NCBI GenBank assembly: GCA_902464485.1
Contig: CABQJJ010000005.1
Span: forward strand, 959-64,958
Direction of reading: 5' to 3'
Source of the DNA: an uncultured Collinsella sp.
Lineage (GTDB): Bacteria; Actinomycetota; Coriobacteriia; Coriobacteriales; Coriobacteriaceae
DNA: 64,000 nucleotides
The notes beneath the pieces were generated by a model. It saw only the letters and a program-made list of their open reading frames with translations. It was not told where the DNA came from and did not search any database. Numbering within the stretch: the first letter of the stretch is position 1; every line of letters begins with the position of its first letter. Shown piece after piece: positions 9,407-18,051 of the stretch. Both the position numbers and the translations under genes were made by a program.

Positions 9407-10288
9407 TTACTGGTCAGTCGGCTTTGCGACGCCGGACTCGTCGGACCAAAGCTCGACGCCCTTGTTCTTGAGGTAGTTGTCGGCAAAGGCGCGACGGCCG
9501 CCGGGCTTGGCGGTGAGGTCGCCCATCATGTTGGAGAAGCCGCCATCGACCTTGATGGCGTCGCCGGTGGTAAAGTCCGAGCGCTTGGACGCCAGGAACA
9601 TCACGGCGTTGGCGATATCGCTGACCTCGCCGATGCGGCGCGTGGCGATCAGGCGGCTGCGGCTCTTTTCGACCTCGGGGTCGGCGTAAAAGCTCGCCGA
9701 CATGGGGGTCTTGACAAAGCAGGGCTCGACGCAGTTGGAGCGCACGCCGTAGGGGCCCCACTCGGCGGCAAGCATCTTGGACATCATGTTGACGCCCGCC
9801 TTGGTGGAGCTGTACACGCCCGAGAACGTCTCGGGGGAGTGGCTGGCGACGGTCGAGATGTGCACCAGGCGGCCCTGGCCGGCCTTGATCATCTCGCGAC
9901 CAAAGCGCTGCGAGGTGATGAAGTAGCCGGTGAGGTTGACGTTGATGACCTCGTTCCAGTCACTCAGCGGCAGGTCCTCCATAGCTGCGAAGCGCAGGAT
10001 GCCAGCGGTGTTGACGAGGACGTCGACGCGGCCGAAGTCGGCGATGGTGGCGTCGACGGCGGCCTGAACCTCGGTCTCGTCGGTGGCGTTCATCTTGTAG
10101 CCCTCGGCGTGGATACCAAACTCGGCGGCGAGGTCGGCAGCTGCGGCTTTGACCTTCTCCTCGTCCAGGTCGAGCAGGACGACGTTGGCGCCGTTGCGGG
10201 CGAACTCGCGGCAAATCTCGACGCCCATACCGCCGAGTGCGCCGGTCACGGCGCAGACATCGCCCTCGAGCTTAAGCCAATTGCTCAT
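9407..10288 (-). CDS. SDR family oxidoreductase
   Basis: TGALGGMG cofactor motif and YSSTK catalytic motif. GAAGGGAAG upstream of the ATG. Confidence 0.85.
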   Translation of the reverse strand: MSNWLKLEGDVCAVTGALGGMGVEICREFARNGANVVLLDLDEEKVKAAAADLAAEFGIHAEGYKMNATDETEVQAAVDATIADFGRVDVLVNTAGILRFAAMEDLPLSDWNEVINVNLTGYFITSQRFGREMIKAGQGRLVHISTVASHSPETFSGVYSSTKAGVNMMSKMLAAEWGPYGVRSNCVEPCFVKTPMSASFYADPEVEKSRSRLIATRRIGEVSDIANAVMFLASKRSDFTTGDAIKVDGGFSNMMGDLTAKPGGRRAFADNYLKNKGVELWSDESGVAKPTDQ

Positions 10289-10521
10289 AGGAACTTCCCT
10301 TCTTGTGCCTCCCTGTGGGCCGCTCTCATTAATCGACCCACGTGGTTTTCGCTGGTTATCGTATGCTTTGCATTTACGCAGGTGAATTGCATATTTGTTA
10401 GAATGGTGTTAACCGTAGGTTTACACCGTGCGATGCAGTTTATGCTCAATTGAGCGCGTAACCTGCGAAAACGACCCCCTGTGGCGCCATGTTGCCACGG
10501 GCGCGAAAACAGGAGATTGAC

Positions 10522-11400
10522 GTGTACGATCGACGACTTGAGGCCATATCGGCCGCCGCAGAGCTGGGAAGCTTCTCGCGTGCGGCGGCAAAACTGCGCG
10601 TGTCGACCCCGGCGCTCGTCAAACAGGTGTCGGGCTTCGAGGCCGAGTTTGGCATCACGCTGTTCGAGCGCTCGCATTCGGGCGTCAAGGTGACGCCGGC
10701 GGGTGCGCTGCTGGTGGACGACGCGCGCTCGATCATGCGCCAATCCGAGGACGCGCTGCGCCGTGCCCGACGCGCGGCGGGCGATGGCGGTGCCGTGCGC
10801 CTGGGCGTATCGATGATGTGCCCGGGGCGCCAAACGCTGTCGATGTGGTCGGGCATCCACGATCTGGAACCGTCGCTGCGATTTGAGATCGTGCCGGTAA
10901 GCGACCTCTACGACGAGCGTGAGACCGTCATGCGCAGCCTTGGTCGCGAGGTGGATGTGGTGCAGTCGAGTTTTTCTACCCCACGCTGGGGCGATGCCTG
11001 CCAAAAGTTCCGCATCGTTACCGTGCCGTTTTATATCGACGTGCCGCGCACGAGCCCGCTTGCGCGCAAGAACCGTATTTCGATCGCCGACTTGGAGGGT
11101 ATGCGTCTGCGCGTACTGCGCCACGGCAACGACGCCATGGACAGCCTGCGCATCGACCTTTTGGCCGACGGCGGCGTGGACGTGATCGACGTGGATAGCT
11201 TCGACTTTGCGCTCTTTAACGAGGCGGAGGAAAGGGGCGACGCGGTGCTCACCTGCGGCGCATGGTCGGGGGTGCACCCGGCCTTTGTGGGCGTGCCGTT
11301 CCTCTGCGGCCGCGAGGTGCCGGTCTATTTGCACTACCCGCTCGAGCCAACCCTCCAAGTACAAAAATTCGTCAACGCCATGGCCCAACTCCTCAACTAG
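10522..11400 (+). CDS. LysR family transcriptional regulator, divergent from the SDR/MFS/Gfo genes
   Basis: ORF 10489..11400. The likely start is GTG 10522 after CAGGAGA. N-terminal HTH (LGSFSRAAAKLRVSTPALVKQV). Confidence 0.8.
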   Translation: MYDRRLEAISAAAELGSFSRAAAKLRVSTPALVKQVSGFEAEFGITLFERSHSGVKVTPAGALLVDDARSIMRQSEDALRRARRAAGDGGAVRLGVSMMCPGRQTLSMWSGIHDLEPSLRFEIVPVSDLYDERETVMRSLGREVDVVQSSFSTPRWGDACQKFRIVTVPFYIDVPRTSPLARKNRISIADLEGMRLRVLRHGNDAMDSLRIDLLADGGVDVIDVDSFDFALFNEAEERGDAVLTCGAWSGVHPAFVGVPFLCGREVPVYLHYPLEPTLQVQKFVNAMAQLLN

Positions 11401-11438
11401 CTCATTTGGGACGGGGCTTTTTTAGCTATTTACAAAAC

Positions 11439-11466
11439 GAGGCCCTGGCCAAACAGCCAGGGCCTC
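11439..11466 (+). terminator. Candidate terminator hairpin after the LysR gene
   Basis: GAGGCCCTGGC-CAAACA-GCCAGGGCCTC has an 11-bp perfect stem. The T-run is weak and distant (ACAAACTTTTATT). Confidence 0.4.
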
Positions 11467-11509
11467 ACAAACTTTTATTCCGTTCTAAATGACGGGCTGA
11501 TCGCGCGCA

Positions 11510-11618
11510 GGAGGGCGCCCCGGGGACGGGCGGGGTATTTCCTCCGCGCGCAGTTTCGCAGCGCAGCGAGAATGTTTGAGCACGGAGGAATTACCCCGCC
11601 GCCCGCGGGGCGCCCTCC
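11510..11618. repeat. 109-bp long imperfect palindrome between convergent genes
   Basis: GGAGGGCGCCCCGGGGACGGGCGGGGTATTTCCTCCG (11510-11546) against the reverse complement of CGGAGGAATTACCCCGCCGCCCGCGGGGCGCCCTCC (11583-11618). About 4 mismatches and a loop of about 36 nt. Confidence 0.6.
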
Positions 11619-11632
11619 GTCAGTGACCGGTC

Positions 11633-13552
11633 CTACTCCAGCTCAAACGCTCCGGTGTAGAGCTGGTAGTAATACCCGCGCTTGGCGATCAGCTCGTCGT
11701 GGTTGCCGCGTTCGATGATGCGGCCGTGGTCCAGACAGATGATTGCGTCGGAGTTGCGCACGGTGGACAGGCGGTGCGCGATGACAAACGTCGTGCGGCC
11801 TTCCATGAGCTTGTCCATGCCCGCCTGCACGATGGCCTCGGTGCGGGTGTCGATGCTCGACGTGGCCTCGTCCAGAATCATTGCCGGCGGATCGGCGACG
11901 GCGGCGCGCGCGATCGAAATCAGCTGGCGCTGGCCTTGCGACAGCTGGGCGCCGTTGCCGGTGAGCATGGTGTCGTAGCCGTCGGGCAGGCGGGTGATAA
12001 AGTCGTCTGCGCCCGCGAGCTTGGCCGCTGCGATGCACTCCTCGTCGGTGGCGTCCAGGTTGCCGTAGCGGATGTTGTCCATCACGGTGCCGGTGAACAG
12101 GTTCACGTCCTGCAGCACGACGCCCAGCGAGCGGCGCAGATCGGCCTTGCGGATCTTATTGACGTTGATGCCGTCGTAGCGAATCTTGCCGTCGGCAATG
12201 TCATAGAAGCGGTTGATGAGGTTGGTGATGGTCGTCTTGCCGGCACCGGTGGCGCCGACAAACGCGACCTTCTGGCCCGGCTTGGCAAACACGGACACGC
12301 CGTGCAGCACCTCGTGGTCGGGCGTGTAGCCAAAGTCCACGTTGTCCATAACCAAGTCGCCGCGCAGCGGTACGTACTCGATCTCGCCGGTTGCGCGGTG
12401 CGGGTGTTTCCACGCCCACATGCCGGTGTGGTGGTCCGCCTCCTCGAACTCCCAAGTCTCGGGGTTCACCTGCGCGTTGACGAGTGTCACGTAGCCTTCG
12501 TCGGCCTCGGGCTTCTCGTCGATGAGCTCAAAGATGCGGTCGGCGCCGGCGAGGCCCATGACCACGGCGTTGATCTGCTGTGAGATCTGGCCGATCTGTC
12601 CGCAGAACTGCTTGGTCATGTTGAGGAACGGCACCACGACGGCGATGGACAGCGCCATGCCCGAGATGCTCAGGTTGGGCACGCCCAGCGCCAGGAAAAT
12701 GCCGCCCGCCAGTGCGACCAGCACGTAGAGCAGGTTGCCCAGGTTCATAAGGATGGGCATGAGGATGTTGGCGTACATGTTGGCCTTCTGGGAGACCTCG
12801 AAGAGCTTTTCGTTGCGCTCGTCAAAATCGGCCTCGGCGGCAGACTCGTGGCAGAACGCCTTGACGACCTTCTGACCGTTCATGACTTCCTCGATATGGC
12901 CCTCGACCACGCCGAGCTCGGTCTGCTGCGCAATGAAGAAGCGCGCGGAGTTGGAGCCGAGCAGCTTGGTCATAAAGGTCATAAAGGCGACGCCGGCGAT
13001 GATGACCAGGCACATCCACACGCTGTAGTACAGCATGATAAAGAACACCGTGACGATGATGATGATCGTCATGAGCAGGTTGGGCAGCGACTGGCTGATC
13101 ATCTGACGCAGCGTGTCGATGTCGTTGGTGTAGTGGCTCATGATATCGCCGCGCTGGTGCGTGTCGAAGTAGCGGATCGGCAGGTCCTGCATGCGGTTGA
13201 ACATCATCTCGCGCAGCTTCTCGAGCGAGCCCTGCGTGACGATAGCCATGGCGCGGTTCCAGAAGAGCGAGGACAGGACGCCGACGCCGTAGATGCAGGC
13301 GAGGGTGGTCACGAGCTGTGCGATCTTGGGCTGCGCGGCGTCCCAATCGCCCGACTGCCACGATTCGCTAATAATTTGCAGGGCGCTCTGCAGGAAGGTC
13401 GCGCCGATGGAGTTGATGATGGCGCAGAGCACCACGCCGGCGACGACGAGGGGCAAAAGCACAGGATAGAAGCCAAAGAGCGTCTTGATGAGGCGCGACA
13501 TGGTGCCGCCCTTGCGGTTGAGCGCGCGCTCGGCAGTCGTTGCCTTACTCAT
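11633..13552 (-). CDS. ABC exporter, fused permease/ATPase (second subunit of a heterodimeric pair)
   Basis: ORF 11633..13696. The start ATG 13552 overlaps the upstream stop (ATGAGTAA). Walker A GATGAGKTT and signature LSQGQRQ. Confidence 0.9.
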   Translation of the reverse strand: MSKATTAERALNRKGGTMSRLIKTLFGFYPVLLPLVVAGVVLCAIINSIGATFLQSALQIISESWQSGDWDAAQPKIAQLVTTLACIYGVGVLSSLFWNRAMAIVTQGSLEKLREMMFNRMQDLPIRYFDTHQRGDIMSHYTNDIDTLRQMISQSLPNLLMTIIIIVTVFFIMLYYSVWMCLVIIAGVAFMTFMTKLLGSNSARFFIAQQTELGVVEGHIEEVMNGQKVVKAFCHESAAEADFDERNEKLFEVSQKANMYANILMPILMNLGNLLYVLVALAGGIFLALGVPNLSISGMALSIAVVVPFLNMTKQFCGQIGQISQQINAVVMGLAGADRIFELIDEKPEADEGYVTLVNAQVNPETWEFEEADHHTGMWAWKHPHRATGEIEYVPLRGDLVMDNVDFGYTPDHEVLHGVSVFAKPGQKVAFVGATGAGKTTITNLINRFYDIADGKIRYDGINVNKIRKADLRRSLGVVLQDVNLFTGTVMDNIRYGNLDATDEECIAAAKLAGADDFITRLPDGYDTMLTGNGAQLSQGQRQLISIARAAVADPPAMILDEATSSIDTRTEAIVQAGMDKLMEGRTTFVIAHRLSTVRNSDAIICLDHGRIIERGNHDELIAKRGYYYQLYTGAFELE

Positions 13553-15359
13553 GTGCCTCGCCTCCTTCCTGGGTCTGAGCTTGCGTTGCGGATGCCTCGG
13601 TGTCGGCCTCGACGGCCCCTTCGCCCTCGGCAGACATCTTGTTTTGCGAGGTAAAGGTCTCGCGGTAGATCTCGCTCGTCTTAAGCAGCTCGTCATGGTT
13701 GCCGATCTGCGCGATACGGCCGCCCTCCATGACGATGATGCGGTCTGCGTCCTGCACGGAGCTGATGCGCTGGGCGATGATGAGCTTGGTCGTGTTGGGC
13801 AGATAGCTTGCCAGGCCTGCGCGAATCTTGGCGTCGGTCTTGGTGTCGACGGCGCTGGTGGAGTCGTCCAGGATCAAGATCTTGGGGCGGCGCAGCAGGG
13901 CACGCGCAATGCACAGGCGCTGCTTCTGACCGCCCGAAACATTAGAGCCGCCCTGCTCAATCCAGGTGTCGTAGCCCTTGGGGAAGCCGTCGACAAACTC
14001 ATCGGCGCAGGCCAGATGTGCCGCCTCGCGGACTTCCTCGTCGGTGGCGTTCGGGTCGCCCCAACGCAGATTCTCGGCGATGGTGCCGCTAAACAGCACG
14101 TTTTTCTGCAGCACCATGGCGACCTGGTGGCGCAGCGCGTCCAGGTCGTAGTCGCGCACGTCCACGCCGCCCACGCGCACAGCGCCTTCGGTGGTGTCGT
14201 ACAGGCGGGCGATGAGGTTAACGAGCGTGGACTTGGCCGAGCCGGTGCCGCCGATGATGCCGATGGTCTCGCCGCTCGTAATGTGCAGGTCGATATCGTC
14301 GAGCGCCTGGCGTTTCGCATGCGCGGAATACTTAAAGCTCACGTGGTCAAAGTCGATGGAACCGTCGGCAACCTCGAGCACGGGCTCGGCGGGATTGGCG
14401 ATCGTGGGCTCGGCGGCCAGCACCTCGGCAATGCGGTGTGCCGATTCGTCGGCCATGGTCACCATGACAAAGATCATCGACAGCTGCATCAGGCTCATGA
14501 GAATCTGGAAACCATAGGTAAAGGTCGAGGAGAGCTGGCCCACGTCGAACAGCGTGCCCTGGCTTGTGATGATGAGCTTGGAGCCCAGGTAGATGATGAC
14601 GACAAACGCGCCGTTGACGCAGATGTTCATCATGGGGTTGTTAAAGGCGAGCAGCTTCTCGGCGCGGGTGAAGTCCATCTGGACGTCGCGCGCGGCGGTC
14701 GCGAACTTCTCCTTCTCAAAGTCTTCGCGCACGTAGCTCTTAACCACGCGCATGCCGGTGACGTTTTCCTCGACGGACTCGTTAAGGGCATCGTACTTGT
14801 GGAACACGCGCGAGAAGATGGGGCGCACCTTAAAGATGATAAAGAACAGTCCAAAGCCCAGCAGCGGAATGATGACCAGGTAGACCATGGCGACGCTGCC
14901 GCCCATGATAAACGCCATGGTAAAGGCGAAGATCAATACCAGCGGCGCGCGCACGGCGATACGGATGATCATCATAAAGGCCTGCTGCACGTTGTTGATA
15001 TCGGTGGTCAGGCGCGTGACGAGCGAGGAGCTCGAGAACTCATCGATGTTGGCAAAGCTGAACGTCTGGATCTTGTAGAACAGGTCGTGACGCAGGTTCT
15101 TGGCGAAGCCGCAGCTCGCATGGCTGCAGGTGACGCCGGCCGCGGCGCCAAAAGCAAGCGACGTCAGCGCGATGAGCACCAAAAAGCCTGCGGTGGGAAG
15201 CATCTCGGCTACGGTGGCGCCGTCTTTGATGGCGTCGATCAGGTTGGCGGTGATAAATGGAATCAGCATCTCGCAGAGCACCTCGCCAAGCACGAGCAAC
15301 GGCGTGGCAACAGTGACTTTCATATAGTCGCGGATGCTACCCATGAGGGTTTTAATCAT
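13545..15359 (-). CDS. ABC exporter, fused permease/ATPase (first subunit)
   Basis: 604 aa. Walker A GGTGSAKST and signature VSGGQKQ. Its start overlaps the stop of the MarR gene. Confidence 0.9.
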   Translation of the reverse strand: MIKTLMGSIRDYMKVTVATPLLVLGEVLCEMLIPFITANLIDAIKDGATVAEMLPTAGFLVLIALTSLAFGAAAGVTCSHASCGFAKNLRHDLFYKIQTFSFANIDEFSSSSLVTRLTTDINNVQQAFMMIIRIAVRAPLVLIFAFTMAFIMGGSVAMVYLVIIPLLGFGLFFIIFKVRPIFSRVFHKYDALNESVEENVTGMRVVKSYVREDFEKEKFATAARDVQMDFTRAEKLLAFNNPMMNICVNGAFVVIIYLGSKLIITSQGTLFDVGQLSSTFTYGFQILMSLMQLSMIFVMVTMADESAHRIAEVLAAEPTIANPAEPVLEVADGSIDFDHVSFKYSAHAKRQALDDIDLHITSGETIGIIGGTGSAKSTLVNLIARLYDTTEGAVRVGGVDVRDYDLDALRHQVAMVLQKNVLFSGTIAENLRWGDPNATDEEVREAAHLACADEFVDGFPKGYDTWIEQGGSNVSGGQKQRLCIARALLRRPKILILDDSTSAVDTKTDAKIRAGLASYLPNTTKLIIAQRISSVQDADRIIVMEGGRIAQIGNHDELLKTSEIYRETFTSQNKMSAEGEGAVEADTEASATQAQTQEGGEAHE

Positions 15360-15855
15360 CCAGTTCCTCCCAGGTTTTGCGGATTTTCTCGAGCATTTCG
15401 GCGAGCTGCTCGCGCTCGTCGTGGGTGAGCGCGCTAAAGGCTCGTTCTCTAAAGCGGATGCGGGCCGCCTGGTCGATGCGGGCGTTTTCCCGGCCGGTTT
15501 CGGTCAGGCGAATGGTGAGTTGCCGGCGGTCCTTGGGGTTACGACTGCGCTCGATGAGGCCGTTGAGCTCGAGCTTGGACAGGATCTCGGAAAGCGACCC
15601 CGGCTTGAGGTCAAAGTGCATGCCGAGTTCCTGCTGCGACATCTCGCCGCCGGGCTGCTTGGCCAGTAGGCAGATGATGGGCGCCTTGCCGGACACGCCT
15701 CCGCCATGAAAATGCATGTAATGGCCGCAAAAGCCCAGGCCGCTCAGGATGCGCTTGGCGAGTTTGTCTTCGGCGCTGACCGCTTCGGGTATGTCTACCG
15801 GTTGCGATGGGTCACCGCCGGGCTCATGCGGAAGGACGAGTGGATCAACACACAT
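15352..15855 (-). CDS. MarR family transcriptional regulator, first gene of the marR-ABC-ABC operon
   Basis: 167 aa. Winged-helix region (SQQELGMHFDLKPGSLSEILSKLELNGLIERSRNPKDRRQLTIRLTETG). Overlaps the downstream ABC gene by 8 nt. Confidence 0.8.
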   Translation of the reverse strand: MCVDPLVLPHEPGGDPSQPVDIPEAVSAEDKLAKRILSGLGFCGHYMHFHGGGVSGKAPIICLLAKQPGGEMSQQELGMHFDLKPGSLSEILSKLELNGLIERSRNPKDRRQLTIRLTETGRENARIDQAARIRFRERAFSALTHDEREQLAEMLEKIRKTWEELDD

Positions 15856-16153
15856 ATCTAAGCTTTGCTCCTTTCTTTAGTTAGGTAGTGGAATTGTTTT
15901 GTGCCTAACCAATTTAGGAGCGTGAGAAATCAATGTCAAGGTACCAAACTTATTATGTTCGAGCGGCACTTGGGGACACTCCTTGCACCATTTACCGGTG
16001 ATTCGTAGGGGGCGGAGGTAAACGGAGCAATTTCGAAACCTTTCCGCAACAATTTGCCCTTCGTGCCGCTCGACTCCGCTCGCAATGCCCCCTGCGCTAC
16101 ACTTAGTCGCACTGTGGCGCTGCTGCGCCGCGCCCGAAACAAGGGAGACCCTC

Positions 16154-16978
16154 ATGAAGAACACTCAGCTGCTGCTGATCAACGATATGTGCGGCTACGG
16201 CAAGGTCGCGCTTTCCGCCATGCTGCCGGTGCTGTCGCACATGGGCTACCGTATCCATAACCTGCCGACGGCGCTCGTTTCCGACACGCTCAACTACCCC
16301 AAGTTCTACATCCACGACACCACGGAGTACGTGCGTCAGAGTCTTGCCATCTGGGAGGAGCTCGGCTTTGAGTTCGACGCCATCTCGACCGGCTTTATCG
16401 TGACCGAGGAAGAGACGCGCATCATCTCGGACTTTTGCCACCGCCGTGCGCAAAAGGGCACCAAGGTGTTCGTCGACCCCATCATGGGCGACAACGGCAA
16501 GCTCTATGCGGGCGTGCCCGAGTCCACGATCGGTCTCATGAGGCACCTGCTCGAGTGCGCCGATTACGCGGTTCCCAACTACACCGAGGCCTGTCTGCTC
16601 ACCGATACGCCTATTGCAGAGCAGATCACGCCCGACGAGGCCCTCGTCCTTGTGAACGCCGTGCGTGAGCTGGGTGCCAAGTCGGTGGTCATTACGAGCG
16701 CCGTAGTCAATGGCACGAACGCGGTTATCGGTTACGACCATGTGGCGGGGGAGTACTTTACGATTCCCTTTGAGCTCATTCCGGTCTATTTCCCGGGCAC
16801 GGGCGACACGTTCTCGGCGGTGCTCGTCGGCCGCGTTATGGCAGGTTGGAGCTTACAACGCGCGACGTCCGATGCCATGCGTGTGGTGGCTGAGCTTATC
16901 GAGCGCAATGCCGACCAAGAGGACAAGTCGGCCGGCCTTCCCATCGAGGCCTGCCTGGATGTGATTGACCATGAGTAA
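16154..16978 (+). CDS. pdxK: Pyridoxal/pyridoxamine kinase (ribokinase superfamily)
   Basis: ORF 16085..16978, with ATG 16154 after AAGGGAG. MKNTQLLLINDMCGYGKVALSAMLPVL... and a C-terminal PGTGDTFSA anion-hole motif. Confidence 0.75.
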   Translation: MKNTQLLLINDMCGYGKVALSAMLPVLSHMGYRIHNLPTALVSDTLNYPKFYIHDTTEYVRQSLAIWEELGFEFDAISTGFIVTEEETRIISDFCHRRAQKGTKVFVDPIMGDNGKLYAGVPESTIGLMRHLLECADYAVPNYTEACLLTDTPIAEQITPDEALVLVNAVRELGAKSVVITSAVVNGTNAVIGYDHVAGEYFTIPFELIPVYFPGTGDTFSAVLVGRVMAGWSLQRATSDAMRVVAELIERNADQEDKSAGLPIEACLDVIDHE

Positions 16979-17300
16979 TGCTGACGAGGGTGGCGTCAAG
17001 CTTGCGGGCGAGAACAGGCCGCTCGGCGCGCCGCGTGGCAAGCGGCCGCGTATCCGCGTGAGCTGCGTGGACCAGCTGGGGACGTGCCGCTGCCACCATG
17101 GTCATAAGCCGGGCGACGTTTTTGACTTCGACCGCGATCGCGGCAAGATGTGCTCCATGGCCTGCCACGTGGGCTTTCCCTACATCGATATCCTGCGCTA
17201 TGGCGGAACCGTGCCTGGCAACGAGCCTGGTACGGCAAAGTTCTGCTGCCCCGAGGTCGATACGCTGAACGTTTGGCTTGCCGAGATCGTCGACGAGTAA
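16971..17300 (+). CDS. Small Cys-rich protein resembling the TIGR04076 family
   Basis: ATG 16971 overlaps the pdxK stop (ATGAGTAA). The protein is Cys/His-rich (CRCHHGHKPGDVF...CSMACH...FCCPE). Confidence 0.6.
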   Translation: MSNADEGGVKLAGENRPLGAPRGKRPRIRVSCVDQLGTCRCHHGHKPGDVFDFDRDRGKMCSMACHVGFPYIDILRYGGTVPGNEPGTAKFCCPEVDTLNVWLAEIVDE

Positions 17301-17301
17301 C

Positions 17302-17396
17302 CGAGCGTGGATTTTCTCCCGTTTAGAGCGCGCTAGAACGCTCAAAGTGGGAGATTATCCACGCTCGATTTGTATGCGGGAGATTATCCACGCTCG
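17302..17396. repeat. Cluster of three copies of a 19-nt motif (one inverted, two direct), each with a DnaA-box-like core
   Basis: CGAGCGTGGATTTTCTCCC (17302-17320, inverted). GGGAGATTATCCACGCTCG at 17349-17367 and 17378-17396, both identical. The core TTATCCAC matches 8 of 9 positions of TTATCCACA. Confidence 0.7.
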
Positions 17397-17432
17397 TTTT
17401 ATGCCGATGGCTTGGGTCGCGTGCCCGTGCGC

Positions 17433-17879
17433 TTACAGCTGCTCGAGCATCGCCGTGCAGCCGTCGAGCACGTCGCGGTAGGTGGCATCGAAGTTGCCGG
17501 TGTACCAGGGGTCGGCCACGTCGCCGGGGCGCTCGGTCCAATCGAGCAGGCGCGAGATCTTGTCATCGGGGTCCTTGCCAAAGATACGGTACAGGCCACG
17601 CGCGTTCTCGTCGTCCATATAGACAATGTGGTCCCAGTCGCCATACTCCGCGCGACGCACCTGACGTGCGCGATGTGCGACGACGGGAATCCCGACTTCG
17701 CGCAGCTTGGCAACGGTGCCGTGGTGTGGCGGGTTGCCGATCTCCTCGGTCGAGGTCGCAGCGGAATCAATGACAAACTCGCCCGCGCGCCCGGCGCGGT
17801 GCACCAGCTCGGTAAACACCGACTCGGCCATCGTCGAGCGGCAGATGTTCCCATGGCATATAAACAGGATTCTGTGCAC
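17433..17879 (-). CDS. Low-molecular-weight protein-tyrosine phosphatase
   Basis: CHGNICRS P-loop. The likely start is GTG 17879 (VHRILFICHGNICRS) after AAAGGAA. The track start 17897 is a TTG. Confidence 0.85.
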   Translation of the reverse strand: MHRILFICHGNICRSTMAESVFTELVHRAGRAGEFVIDSAATSTEEIGNPPHHGTVAKLREVGIPVVAHRARQVRRAEYGDWDHIVYMDDENARGLYRIFGKDPDDKISRLLDWTERPGDVADPWYTGNFDATYRDVLDGCTAMLEQL

Positions 17880-18051
17880 CCTTGGATTTCCTTTCAAATA
17901 TCAGGGTTTCTGCAGGTGATAAACGCTGTTCGTATGTCATCGCCCAGTCGCGGAATCCCGAATCGACTCGTGTATGAGCGGATATTTTCCGCCGCAAAAG
18001 TTGTAAATTCGGTTGTAAACCTCGCGGATTTACAACTTCGTACACTTTAGC

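Noticed and set aside
8204-10453. 749-aa ORF on the plus strand spanning the MFS and SDR genes
   Set aside because: It crosses an intergenic gap and two well-supported minus-strand genes. Its composition (G/D/A/R runs) is typical of an antisense frame in high-GC DNA.
13485-15428. 647-aa plus-strand ORF opposite the ABC exporter
   Set aside because: Shadow ORF. The minus strand carries canonical Walker A, signature and Walker B motifs.
15960-16072. Riboswitch-like element upstream of pdxK, closed by a 10-bp perfect stem (CGAGCGGCAC...GTGCCGCTCG) around about 93 nt
   Set aside because: A handful of 10-bp inverted repeats within 100 nt are expected by chance in 64 kb of GC-rich DNA. I recognise no known riboswitch core such as TPP or FMN. 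The region is also the divergent marR promoter. It is kept only as a note.
17349-17396. Possible mini-CRISPR array formed by two identical 19-nt direct repeats
   Set aside because: There are only two direct units, the spacer is only 10 nt, and no cas genes are present. An inverted third copy points to a hairpin or binding-site cluster instead.
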